Below, piece by piece: positions 46,760 through 58,096 of a stretch of 64,000 nucleotides of DNA (position 1 is its first letter; each line of letters starts with the position of its first letter). A model generated the notes under the pieces. It saw nothing but the letters and a program-made list of their open reading frames with translations, had not been told where the DNA came from and searched no databases. A program made the position numbers and the translations under genes. The DNA comes from Armatimonadota bacterium. Its GTDB lineage: Bacteria; Armatimonadota; UBA5829; DTJY01. Location of the stretch: the NCBI GenBank assembly GCA_035528905.1, contig DATKXU010000060.1, forward strand, positions 8,863 to 72,862, in the 5' to 3' direction.

Positions 46760-47032
46760 GTGGGTGACCTATACCTGCTTGGCGTCATGAATTCGCAGCC
46801 AGCGTTTGCGTACTTGCGTTATGCCTGCACAATTCTGGGCGACCAGGATCGTCGGGGAAGAGTGGTTCTTCGCCCGGTTTACTTCGAGAAGCTCCCCATC
46901 CCGGATGCCTCCGAGGCAGATCGGGCGGCGATCTCCGCCCTCGTGCAGAAATGTCTGGATGCAAAGGGCGTCGGCTGCGAAGCATGGGAAAGGGAAATAG
47001 ACGCCCGCGTGGCCGCGCTGTATGGGCTGTGA
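46760..47032 (+). pseudogene. C-terminal TaqI_C-like specificity-domain remnant of a type IIG restriction-modification enzyme
   Basis: LLGVMNSQPAFAYLRY...YFEKLPIPDASEADRAAI matches the TaqI_C pattern (LNS.L..Y...KLPIP). Frame closed by a stop 6 codons upstream, so only the tail is present. Confidence 0.5.
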
Positions 47033-47115
47033 AACGACATGGAAGAAGGCCGAGCCGAGATAGACAGGGTTAATCGAAGGCCACGGCGGCTGGCCGCTGC
47101 CCGGCAGCGTGCCGG

Positions 47116-47757
47116 ATGAGGTTCTGTAGCGCATTACGACAGCCTAGAGTACACGGAGACGAGCGCATGAAGGACAAGTGGTATGGAGACAATGGGGACT
47201 TGGTGAAATGGTCGGCGCTACTCCACTTGGCAGACCGATACGGGGCCGCGAGGGTTCTGCAGATCGCGTACTACAGGCCGAGTTCGTGGGGTCGTATCAA
47301 GGTCGGCGATGATGAAGCCGTGATCAGGCCAGAGGTGTTGGCACACTTCAAGGATGTCCGGAGCGCCGGAGCCATTCGCTCGCGAGCCAAGATCGCGGTG
47401 TTTGATGCACCGTTCATAGATCGCCATGCGTACCTTGCCTCAGTACTGCAGTTCATCGCGGATTCCCCAAAGGAGAGATGCGTGGTCTTCCTTGATCCGG
47501 ACACAGGACTCCCGCCAGGGACCTGCAAACCTGAGCATGTGTTGGAGAGCGAAGTTGGAGCCATATGGGGCAGCCTCAAGCACGGAGATGTGCTAGCCTT
47601 CTACCAGCACCAGACCAATCGGAACGGCCAGCCGTGGATAGAGCCCAAGAGACAGCAGTTGGCCCGAGCGATTGGGGTACGTGAGGATCAGGTGAGTGTT
47701 GCATCCGGACTCAAGATTGCCGGCGATGTAGTGATATTCTTCTGCCAGAGACTCTGA
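47116..47757 (+). CDS. Hypothetical protein (inserted between duplicated RM-tail segments)
   Basis: 213 aa. No recognisable motifs. Likely true start at MKDKWYGDNGD. Confidence 0.35.
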   Translation: MRFCSALRQPRVHGDERMKDKWYGDNGDLVKWSALLHLADRYGAARVLQIAYYRPSSWGRIKVGDDEAVIRPEVLAHFKDVRSAGAIRSRAKIAVFDAPFIDRHAYLASVLQFIADSPKERCVVFLDPDTGLPPGTCKPEHVLESEVGAIWGSLKHGDVLAFYQHQTNRNGQPWIEPKRQQLARAIGVREDQVSVASGLKIAGDVVIFFCQRL

Positions 47758-47844
47758 ACGGTGGTCGGCGGTCCGTCGGCAGCGCGGAATCGGAACGCGA
47801 GATAGACGCCCGCGTAGCGGGGCTGTATTGAGAGGAGGACAATC

Positions 47845-48432
47845 GTGGCCAGATCAGACATGACGGCGGTAGGAGCGGCATTTGAGATGCTGCTTGAGGA
47901 GATTGAGGGAGTCATCGAAGACGTGAACCATCAGGGAGCGGTGGCATTTGAGCATGGCAAGCATGCTGATGCAGAGAAGGTACTTGACCAGGCGAAGACA
48001 TTGACCGGTCTACGGCAGAAGCTCCTGTCCTTCCGCAAGGAATGGGACTCCCTGTACTCCCAACAAACGGAAGAGGTAAAGGAGAAGGTTGCCCGGAAGA
48101 ACTTGGGCAAGGTCAAGCGGGGCACTAGAACTCGTGAGGAAGCCTATTACGTCCCGATCCTGCGTGCCCTGAGTGAGATGGGCGGCAGTGGGCGAATCGG
48201 GGACGTGCTGGATAGGGTTCACGTGCTCATGAAGGGAATCCTCAAACCTGTTGACCATGAGCCTCTTCGCTCGTATCCCAAAACGATCAGATGGCGGAAT
48301 GCCGCTCAATGGGCTAGGAACTCGATGGTGAATGAGGGTCTGATGGTAAAGGGGTCGCCTTATGGCATTTGGGAGATCAGCGACCAAGGGCGGGAATGGC
48401 TGAAGAAGAATGGTGGGAATGTGGGCAGGTGA
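47845..48432 (+). CDS. Protein with C-terminal Mrr_N-like winged-helix domain
   Basis: YYVPILRALSEMGGSGRIGDVLDRV...IRWRNAAQWARNSMVNEGLMVKGSPYGIWEISDQGREWL resembles the Mrr N-terminal wHTH. N-terminus predicted coiled coil. Confidence 0.42.
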   Translation: MARSDMTAVGAAFEMLLEEIEGVIEDVNHQGAVAFEHGKHADAEKVLDQAKTLTGLRQKLLSFRKEWDSLYSQQTEEVKEKVARKNLGKVKRGTRTREEAYYVPILRALSEMGGSGRIGDVLDRVHVLMKGILKPVDHEPLRSYPKTIRWRNAAQWARNSMVNEGLMVKGSPYGIWEISDQGREWLKKNGGNVGR

Positions 48433-48435
48433 CCT

Positions 48436-48765
48436 ATGGTAAGCACTGACAGATACCACCTCGAAGTTGACAAGAAGGAGTTGACGAATGCCCTGCGCCA
48501 GATCACGAAGTTCAAAAAGCGCAAGGGTAAAGGCGAGATGCTGATGCTCTCCTTCGAGCATGGTGTGCTGAGGTTCAGCATGGCCAATGCTTCGGTGGGC
48601 ATTGACGCGGTTGGTGCCTGGCCTGCGGATGTCTTTGTGCCCGCGGCTTCAATCTATGGACTGGCGCGTGTGCCATTAAGTGAGGAAAAAGTTGAGATTG
48701 TCGTAGAGGGCGATTGGCTGAAGATCGGATCATCTGCGATGCGAGTTGAATGGCAAGCACACTAA
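48436..48765 (+). CDS. Hypothetical protein
   Basis: 109-aa ORF immediately downstream (4-nt gap). Confidence 0.3.
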   Translation: MVSTDRYHLEVDKKELTNALRQITKFKKRKGKGEMLMLSFEHGVLRFSMANASVGIDAVGAWPADVFVPAASIYGLARVPLSEEKVEIVVEGDWLKIGSSAMRVEWQAH

Positions 48766-48948
48766 CGATAAGGCAGGAGGTTTGAATATGGCCCGGCAGT
48801 ATTCACCGAAGAGTCTCCTCATGAAAGCCCCAACAACTTATCCAAACGCCGAGCAGTCATGTCACGACCTCGATGCCCAGGCTGAAAGTTAGTCAGTAGT
48901 CTACGGCTGAAGCGGCGACCATCGTGCAAGATACAAGAAGAGGAACAA

Positions 48949-50310
48949 GTGCACACTAATCTGGAAGAATGGACGCGGGAGTATCAAAACCATGCCAAAC
49001 TGCATCCATGGTTCTTTGTAGTTCAATCAGAGGAATACAAAGCTGGCGAGGGAGTTCGAGTGTTAGCCTATCCAGATGTACAAGAATGGATCAGACTTGG
49101 CACACTCGTAGAGCCGGTAAACGAAGATGATATCTATATTCCCTTGGCCGTAGTGGACGAGATCCTAACCAAGAAGAACGCCGCCGAGCTTACAGCAGCT
49201 CTTAAGGTCATCCAGCAGACGCAGGCCCTATCTTTCAACGAGGGCTTGCTCATGATCATACATGTGCTCTTCTGGCTTGCTGACTGGGATCACCATAGGA
49301 TGGGGGAAACATCTCTGTTCTCAGGACGGAGGTTTAGAGACTTCCCGGACGAACTTCGCCGAGATGATTCGAAACTGATGAGCATCATCCTTGACCATAC
49401 GCTCACCACCATACACAAGTTGCTCTTGCTTTGGCGGAAGAAACAAGGGCATCTGATACGAGGTTTCTTGAGACCAAAGGAAGAAAAGCCGGGCTTACCG
49501 AGCTACAAGTATTTCCCGCCCCATTGGTTGAGTCTTGAGGATCTGCGTCAACTTGATGGACCTGACAGCATGCCGCCGAAGGTGCCAGTACTGATAGATG
49601 CGGACCTCGCGCCATTTCTGCCAAACATGGTACAAGTCATCAAGCTTCAGGGCTCATACCGCCAACCAATGCAACCGACGCTGGATGCTAAGGATAGGCC
49701 CATAGGACAGAGATTCAAGAAAGACGGGCAGCGGTGGTCGGTGGTTTACGACAGCAAGCACATAAGCCTCAACCATTCGGACGGAGCCACATACATCGCT
49801 TATCTACTGGAGCATCCCGACGAGCCCTTCCATGCGCGGGTGCTGTACGAGATTGCTCATCCGCCGAGTCGCGACCTCGAAGTAGCCCGATACTCTGATT
49901 TGAGAGCCGAGGAACGCATGGACCCACTGCTGGACGATGAACGCAGCCCCACCGACAAGCTGGACGACTGCGAACTGTATAAGACTTATATCGAGGGGAT
50001 TCGCGATACGCAGAGCAAGCTTGATCAGGCACTTAACCGTAAGGACTTCCACGAGGCTGAAGAGTTGCAGGCGCAAGTAAATAAGTTGAAAGGCGTGTTC
50101 TCTGCCGAGTTCGGTCTTGATCGCCAACTGAGGAAGAAGGATGATCCGAACAAGCAGGCTTACGACAAAGTAAGCAAGGCCATTAACGCAGTAAGGAAAG
50201 TCATCAAGGAACACCATCCCGCCCTCGCAACTCACCTCAAGAACTCGCTGCACTACGACACCTACACCTACTGCTATTCCCCGGATTGTCCAATCACCTG
50301 GGAAACGTAA
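48949..50310 (+). CDS. Hypothetical protein
   Basis: 453-aa ORF on the island coding strand. No motif recognised. Confidence 0.4.
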   Translation: MHTNLEEWTREYQNHAKLHPWFFVVQSEEYKAGEGVRVLAYPDVQEWIRLGTLVEPVNEDDIYIPLAVVDEILTKKNAAELTAALKVIQQTQALSFNEGLLMIIHVLFWLADWDHHRMGETSLFSGRRFRDFPDELRRDDSKLMSIILDHTLTTIHKLLLLWRKKQGHLIRGFLRPKEEKPGLPSYKYFPPHWLSLEDLRQLDGPDSMPPKVPVLIDADLAPFLPNMVQVIKLQGSYRQPMQPTLDAKDRPIGQRFKKDGQRWSVVYDSKHISLNHSDGATYIAYLLEHPDEPFHARVLYEIAHPPSRDLEVARYSDLRAEERMDPLLDDERSPTDKLDDCELYKTYIEGIRDTQSKLDQALNRKDFHEAEELQAQVNKLKGVFSAEFGLDRQLRKKDDPNKQAYDKVSKAINAVRKVIKEHHPALATHLKNSLHYDTYTYCYSPDCPITWET

Positions 50311-50699
50311 GAAGGTCCCAAATCTTTTTCCTGACGAAGCCAGATTTCGCCATGGCGAAGCCCGATTTCGTGCTTAGGGTATTGAGGACAGCTCAATACC
50401 GGCCCGGCGGGTGGTCGCCAATATGACCTCCTCCGAGTTTTCGGAGGGTTGAAGCCCTGAGAGAGCCTTGCCGGGCCAGCCTCTCGGGGCTTTTGCTATT
50501 ACCGTGCGACAGGCAGGGCAGGGATTCGGAGTGGCGGCAGGCGGACAGCGAAAGAGACTGAATTTCAGGCGAACGGCGTCAGCGGAGCCGATGTCGGCTT
50601 GCGATATGCAGGCGGCGGAAGCGATTCTGGCCAAGCTGGTTGCTCGCGCATATGCCGCCGATCACCCCGAACTTTTCGGCCCGCACCTCGCCCGCATGA

Positions 50700-52487
50700 T
50701 TGGAGGCCCGGCGAATGAAGAACGATGAGCAAGTATTGTTGCCCCAGCATCAACGCCTGATAGATGAATCAGGTGTATCTAAGGAGGTAGCAAACACCAG
50801 AGGATACCGGTCCGTGACTGACAAAGGCGAGGTTCGGCGGCTTGGATTTGCCGACCGGCAGTGCCGTGTTCCTGCCCTGGTGATACCGGTTTGGGGAGTT
50901 GATGGGAAGATCCGCAGCCATCAGATAAGGCCCGACAGCCCAAGGAAGGATGGCAAAGGCAAGGAAGTGAAGTATGAAACCCCTGCCAAGAGTCGAATGG
51001 CTCTCGATGTCCATCTTTCAATTCGCAAGAAGATTGGAAATCCAAAGATACCGCTTTTCATAACGGAGGGAGTTCGGAAGGCAGACGCTGCCATAAGCCG
51101 AGGATTGTGCTGCATAGCCCTTCTCGGAGTCTGGAACTGGCGAGGAACCAATGCGGATGGTGGGAAGGTTGCTCTTCCTGATTGGGAAGCGATAGCACTT
51201 GAGGGCAGGCTCATCTTCATCGCCTTTGATAGCGATGTAATGCGAAAGCCTGAAGTGCAGAAAGCTACGATGAGGCTGAAAGCCTTCCTGGAATATCGAG
51301 GCGCGAAGGTACAACTAATCCATCTGCCTCCAGGAGAAGGTGGGGCGAAGAACGGGCTGGATGATTATCTAGCAGCAGGGCATTCCGTCGAGGAGTTGCT
51401 TGCGCTGGTTTCAGAAGTAACCGAACATGGGCCGTCAGAGCAGCTTCCCGAGGACCTACGGGAGGAGTTCAAACCGCTCGTAGTCCTTACTCATAGTGAG
51501 CTTGTTCAGGGCGAGCTCCCAGATGTCTCCTGGACAGTCCTGAATCTTGTTCCCACAGGGGGCATATCCATGATCAGCGGCGACTCGGGAGTCGGCAAGT
51601 CATGGCTAATGTTGCACCTAGCGCAGTGCGTAGCCTCAGGCATGGCGTTCCTGGGAACATTCCCAGTGACTCCGTGCGGAGTCTTGGTGCTTGATGCTGA
51701 GACGGGGCCAAGTCTCCTTGAGCGGCGCGTCAAGAAGTTGTTTAGCGGCCTTCAAGCGGAGAACTCGGATAATGAGATGCCTGCCGACTTGCCGGTCAGC
51801 ATTATGCCTACGGCGATGAGGTTCAAGCCTGAGACCGTGAACCAATTCGCGGATTATCTAAAGCGCGAAGGCATCGCTCTAGTGATCGCGGACCCGCTAA
51901 TCAACTACTGCGGAATGGAGGAAAACTCAGCCGAGGGCATGGCAGCTTTCTTTGAGATCATCCGCTCGATAACGCAAGAAGCCGGTTGCACGTTTATCTT
52001 CACGCATCATTCAAGGAAGGAAAGCCGTCTGGCTTCCAACGCCCCAGGCCAAATGCTGCGAGGATCTTCCGCAATTCGGGCTATCCTGGACAGCCACCTT
52101 TTCATTCGTAAGCTCAAAGGCGGACGACTGCTAGTTGAGCATGACAAGTGCCGATGTGCCGAACCTATAGCGCCATTCATTATCGCCGTAGAGGACACTG
52201 ATACGCAGACAACGGTCTGCCGCTATATAGGCGAAGCGGAGGAGAACTGTGAGAAAGCGGCCCTGGCGCAAGACTGCGTTCTGCGAACCCTCGCCGATGG
52301 AGGAGGCGCGATGGCCCGGAAGGGTATCATCGAGCAGGGGAAAGCCGACGGCGTATCTGAGAGGACAGTGACTGATGCCCTTGCCCGGCTGCTAAGAGCC
52401 GGAGAAATCACAAAGCGGCGGGCCGGAAACAGCATAGTCTATGAGCTTGCTAAGATTAATGACCAGCTTTTCGAGCAGGGCGAATGA
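50700..52487 (+). CDS. Primase-helicase-like replication protein (Toprim-like DUF3854 + AAA_25/RepA-type P-loop)
   Basis: N-terminal IPLFITEGVRKADA...FIAFDSD (Toprim-like acidic motifs). Walker A ISGDSGVGKSWL, Walker B VLVLDAETG. Confidence 0.68.
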   Translation: MEARRMKNDEQVLLPQHQRLIDESGVSKEVANTRGYRSVTDKGEVRRLGFADRQCRVPALVIPVWGVDGKIRSHQIRPDSPRKDGKGKEVKYETPAKSRMALDVHLSIRKKIGNPKIPLFITEGVRKADAAISRGLCCIALLGVWNWRGTNADGGKVALPDWEAIALEGRLIFIAFDSDVMRKPEVQKATMRLKAFLEYRGAKVQLIHLPPGEGGAKNGLDDYLAAGHSVEELLALVSEVTEHGPSEQLPEDLREEFKPLVVLTHSELVQGELPDVSWTVLNLVPTGGISMISGDSGVGKSWLMLHLAQCVASGMAFLGTFPVTPCGVLVLDAETGPSLLERRVKKLFSGLQAENSDNEMPADLPVSIMPTAMRFKPETVNQFADYLKREGIALVIADPLINYCGMEENSAEGMAAFFEIIRSITQEAGCTFIFTHHSRKESRLASNAPGQMLRGSSAIRAILDSHLFIRKLKGGRLLVEHDKCRCAEPIAPFIIAVEDTDTQTTVCRYIGEAEENCEKAALAQDCVLRTLADGGGAMARKGIIEQGKADGVSERTVTDALARLLRAGEITKRRAGNSIVYELAKINDQLFEQGE

Positions 52488-52501
52488 CCAGCTTACAGAG
52501 A

Positions 52502-52606
52502 GGTTCGGCAGAGGTTAGGCAGAAGGCATTGCCGAACCCTGGGCTGCCACGATAAGTTCGGCAAAAGATTCGGCAGTTATATAAGTATTGCCGCGTTGCC
52601 TAACCT
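52502..52606. repeat. Iteron-like cluster of TTCGGCA(G/A)A direct and inverted repeats
   Basis: ggTTCGGCAGAgg, TTAGGCAGAAgg, caTTGCCGAAcc (inverted), gTTCGGCAAAAg, aTTCGGCAGtta, TTGCCGcgTTGCC within 105 nt downstream of the primase-helicase gene. Confidence 0.4.
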
Positions 52607-52971
52607 CTTTTTGGGTAGTCTGGGGAGCGCAGGTTCAGCAATAGTTCAGCAAACATGGTGGCAGTCCGCAGCCGCCGGAATTGTGGCGGCGGCGGCCCGG
52701 ACATACCCATAACCTTGCGGGCACTCTGCCTAAAGGCAAAGGCAGGGCAATGATAGCAAGGCATGCCATGGTCTGGATGGAAGGATACGTCATGGCGGAC
52801 AAGGTTCTGGCAACTAAGGTGTTAGGAATGTTAAGGGTCTCGTGGTGGGCGCGCTAAACAAAGGAAATTACATGGTACTGGCCTAGAATGGGGGCAGGTT
52901 TGGTGGAAAACTCGCTTCGCAAGCGCTAGGGCAGAGTGAGACAGCGAATGAGAAAAAAGGGTATTGACAGA

Positions 52972-52989
52972 ATAGCACTATGGTGCTAC
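52972..52989. promoter_or_regulatory. Imperfect palindrome ATAGCACTATGGTGCTAC adjacent to a TTGACA -35-like hexamer (52964-52969), upstream of the RHH-recombinase operon
   Basis: 16 of 18 positions are self-complementary. The operon RBS AAGGAGG is at 52995-53001. Confidence 0.3.
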
Positions 52990-53011
52990 CATACTCAAGG
53001 AGGTAGCGATC

Positions 53012-53160
53012 ATGGTACGATACACTATCAGAATGCCGGATAAGCTTCATGAGAAGATCCGACGGCTCGCATATCAGGAGCGCAGAAGTCAACACGAAAT
53101 CATGCTTGAGGTCCTAGAAAAGGCCTTGGCCAAGGTGGAAGTCCCGGAAGAGGCAAACAG

Positions 53161-53164
<4 letters not shown>
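53012..53164 (+). CDS. Ribbon-helix-helix (CopG/Arc-like) DNA-binding protein, putative recombination directionality/regulatory factor
   Basis: 50 aa MVRYTIRMPDKLHEKIRRLAYQERRSQHEIMLEVLEKAL (beta-strand + two helices). ATGA overlap with the recombinase start. Strong RBS. Confidence 0.55.
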
Positions 53165-54896
<1,732 letters not shown>

Positions 54897-55050
54897 GTCG
54901 AGACTGATTATACCACGTGAAAACGCGTTTGTAAAGCTTTCGAACTGCAGAAGTTCTCTGGCGAGTGGATTCGACCGGCGATGCGGCAAATAGGGCGGTC
55001 TCCGGGACGGAGACCGCCCTCTCGGTTTCCGACGTACACGGCTGGCAGCC

Positions 55051-56529
55051 TTAGTCTATCACGATTGCGACAAGCCCCTCGCGCCCTTTGGCTCTGATTC
55101 GCAGCCGAAGTGTGTCGCCGGGCTTGAGGTCTTTGGTCAGAGCGTTGAACTCCTCCACTGATGTGATCGGCTGGCTGTTGGCGCGGACTATTACGAGTCC
55201 GGGCCGGAGGCCTTCCTGCGCGGCGCTGCTCCCGATAGATACCTTGGTGACCACCACGCCCTTAGCGCCTTCATCGAGGTTGTACTTCTTGGTGAGCTCC
55301 GGCGTGATATCCGCCATGCTGAATCCGAGTTTTGTGCTCGGTTCCTCGGCAGGCGCTTTCGCAGTTTCGATAGGTGGTGCCTCGCCGACAGTCACCGTGA
55401 GTGTCTTCTGTGCCTTGTCGCGGACGATAATGACGGGTACTTGCCTGCCCGGAGGGGTTGCTATGACGGTATCGCGGAACTGAATCTCGTTTGTAACCTT
55501 CTTCCCATCAAACTCGGTGATGACGTCCTCGACCTGGAATCCGGCCTTGCCTGCCGGGCTGTCTAGGTCAATGGCGTTCACGAACACACCCTCTTTCACA
55601 CCGTAGAGCGCTTTTCTCTTCGGTGTGAGATCCTCAGGCACAAGACCCAGATAGCCGCGTGTTACTTTTCCTCTAGTTATCAACTGGTCCAGGACGAATT
55701 TGGCTGTATTCGTCGGTATGGCAAAGCCGATTCCGATATTCGCCGCGCCCAATGGTGATTGGATCAGCGTATTTATGCCGATCACCTCACCGTCAATGTT
55801 GACGAGAGGGCCGCCGCTGTTCCCAGGGTTGACAGAGGCGTCTGTCTGGATGAGGTTCGGGTAAAACCCTGCGCCTTCGGGCAGGGATGCCTGTCGTCCC
55901 GTCGCGCTGATGACGCCCAGCGTGACGGTCTGGTCGAGGTGGAACGGGCTCCCGATGGCGATAGCCCATGAGCCGACCTTAACCTTGCTGGAATCGCCCA
56001 GCTTTGCTGCCGGGAGGTCCTTCGCGTCTATTTTGACGACGGCGAGGTCGCTTCTCGGGTCTCGGCAGACCGTCCCCTGAAACTCACGGCCATCTTTCAG
56101 CGTGACCATTACCTTCTCTGCGCCCCCGGCTACGTGATCGTTCGTGAGTATATAGCCTTCACTGCGGACGATGACCCCGGAGCCATAGGTCTTGGGCGGT
56201 TGCTTCCCGGGTACTTCCGGACGAGGGACAGGGAAGGGAAAGTTTTTGAAGAACTCTTCGAGACCTGGCATCGTACCGTTGGTCTCGACAGTGCGAGTGC
56301 TGGTGATGCTGACTACCGATGGAACTACTTCGTCTACGATGGATGTGAAGGCGTCTTGGAGTTCGTGCAGAGCTGCGCAGTGCTCTTGGGCTGTGGCCTT
56401 CCGGTCAAGCGCATATGCGGCATCGCGGCCGGACAGATTGACCGCGAGCGAGATCCCGAGCGCCATGCTCAGCACTATGACCAAAACAAGGCGTGCGCGC
56501 CGTGAAACGAGGGTTTTCATTCTATTCAC
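55051..56529 (-). CDS. htrA: HtrA/DegP-family periplasmic serine protease with two PDZ domains
   Basis: Trypsin-like motifs TNDHV and GNSGGPL. Two PDZ-like segments. Signal peptide. Confidence 0.9.
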   Translation of the reverse strand: MNRMKTLVSRRARLVLVIVLSMALGISLAVNLSGRDAAYALDRKATAQEHCAALHELQDAFTSIVDEVVPSVVSITSTRTVETNGTMPGLEEFFKNFPFPVPRPEVPGKQPPKTYGSGVIVRSEGYILTNDHVAGGAEKVMVTLKDGREFQGTVCRDPRSDLAVVKIDAKDLPAAKLGDSSKVKVGSWAIAIGSPFHLDQTVTLGVISATGRQASLPEGAGFYPNLIQTDASVNPGNSGGPLVNIDGEVIGINTLIQSPLGAANIGIGFAIPTNTAKFVLDQLITRGKVTRGYLGLVPEDLTPKRKALYGVKEGVFVNAIDLDSPAGKAGFQVEDVITEFDGKKVTNEIQFRDTVIATPPGRQVPVIIVRDKAQKTLTVTVGEAPPIETAKAPAEEPSTKLGFSMADITPELTKKYNLDEGAKGVVVTKVSIGSSAAQEGLRPGLVIVRANSQPITSVEEFNALTKDLKPGDTLRLRIRAKGREGLVAIVID

Positions 56530-56704
56530 GCTTACCTACCTCCTAAGTGAACGTGCATTGGAGAATTGAGTTCTTATAGCGATTGTGCTGTTCCCGCGTC
56601 GGTCCAGCACAGCCATCCAAGGCATTGAGTTAGCATTTCACCGCTAGGGACAGTTGCCAATCGGGCCGGAGCACAGCCGATCCCCAGAAGCGCTCCGGGC
56701 TCTG

Positions 56705-57310
56705 CTACTCGGAAGTGTAGCCAGTTTGTGTCAGAGTTGTGCTGGGGAAGGCGCTGTCGGGCGCTTTCGACAATTCCCAGTGGTGACTTGCCGATGCCGG
56801 CGCCGGGGCCGCGCCAAACGGTACAAACTCCTCCTCGGGAACTCGCGGAATGGTCGGTGTCAACCCGTGCTCAGCCGTTCCAATAAGCTGCGTGTCCGAA
56901 GGCAGCTGCGCAAGTAAGGGTTGATTCGTGCTCATCTGGCCCGCCCGGAGCATTAGCAGCACGGTGAACACGCTCAGCCCTGCGGCTGCCCACCTCAGCC
57001 TCGCGGGGAAGGCTGTGAGGTTTGCTTGCAAAGCTGCCAGAATGAGATTGCCTTTAGGGAGGGATAGCTGGTCAAGCCGCGCGCATATGCGGTTTGCCAG
57101 GTCGCTTGTAGGACGCTGTGCACACAGGCTCCCCAGGGCTTTCTTCACACCAAGAAGGGATTCAAACTCCAGAGTGCACTCGCCGCAGTCGCTCAAGTGC
57201 TGACGGACAGCAAGCATCTCCAGACCGGACAACTCGCAGTCTACGTATGCGGATATCAGACTCTGGACTTTGCGGCAGTTCATGGCTGTTCCTCCCAACG
57301 ATGCGCTCAT
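56705..57310 (-). CDS. Anti-sigma factor (zf-HC2, RseA-like) with transmembrane segment
   Basis: CRKVQSLISAYVDCEL...HLSDCGEC motif. 4-nt overlap with the ECF sigma gene. Confidence 0.62.
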   Translation of the reverse strand: MSASLGGTAMNCRKVQSLISAYVDCELSGLEMLAVRQHLSDCGECTLEFESLLGVKKALGSLCAQRPTSDLANRICARLDQLSLPKGNLILAALQANLTAFPARLRWAAAGLSVFTVLLMLRAGQMSTNQPLLAQLPSDTQLIGTAEHGLTPTIPRVPEEEFVPFGAAPAPASASHHWELSKAPDSAFPSTTLTQTGYTSE

Positions 57311-57894
57311 TCGAGATACGATTTCAGCTTCTCTCTCAGCAGTTTTCTACCCCTATGAAGCCGTGATCGAACGGTTCCGATGGAGCACCCCATGACATCA
57401 CTTATCTCTTCGTATGACAGCCCCTCGATGTCGGAGAGGATCACCGTGGCCCGGAAATCCTCGGAGAGCGTGTTCAAGGCGGCCTGCATCTCACCGTCGA
57501 GCTCGTGTGACAGCGTGAGTGCTTCCGGGCCTTCCGCCGAATCAGGGAGGTCGAGCGCGGTCTCGCCTTCCTCCTGTCGGACCGGCTCGTCGAGGGACCG
57601 CATGCTAAACTTCGGGCGGCGGCGGAACCAATCAATGAAGATATTCGACATGATGCGGTAGAGCCAATTGTCGAATGGCATGTGGCGCTTATAGTTGCCG
57701 AAGAAGCGATATGCCTTCAGGAACGTATCCTGGGTTAGGTCCTCTGCATCCGCATGATTTCCTGTCATGCGATATGCCACGTTGTAGGCCTGCTTGTGGT
57801 GTCTGTGGACGAGCTCGTCAAAGATCTTTCTATCTTCGTTCTGGCAGGCTAGGCTCATTCTGTCGCTGAGCTCTACCATTTTCTTGCTCCTCAC
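57307..57894 (-). CDS. ECF (sigma-24/RpoE-like) RNA polymerase sigma factor
   Basis: Sigma-70 regions 2 and 4 (DLTQDTFLKAYR...; SYEEISDVMGCSIGTVRSRLHRGR). Confidence 0.85.
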   Translation of the reverse strand: MRSKKMVELSDRMSLACQNEDRKIFDELVHRHHKQAYNVAYRMTGNHADAEDLTQDTFLKAYRFFGNYKRHMPFDNWLYRIMSNIFIDWFRRRPKFSMRSLDEPVRQEEGETALDLPDSAEGPEALTLSHELDGEMQAALNTLSEDFRATVILSDIEGLSYEEISDVMGCSIGTVRSRLHRGRKLLREKLKSYLE

Positions 57895-58096
57895 CGCTAT
57901 CTTACTATACGGCGGTTCTTGCCGAACGGTTCCCCATGGGCCGGCGTTGGTTGCCAGCAGGTTTCATTGGTCTACCACTACATTATACTTGAAAGTGCTT
58001 GCTGCGGCAAGTTCCGGTCGAGACTGCACGGCCCGGCTTGACTCAGCCGGCGGGCCAGACTATAATTTCACCGATTGCTCTAGGCGCGATGTGCCT

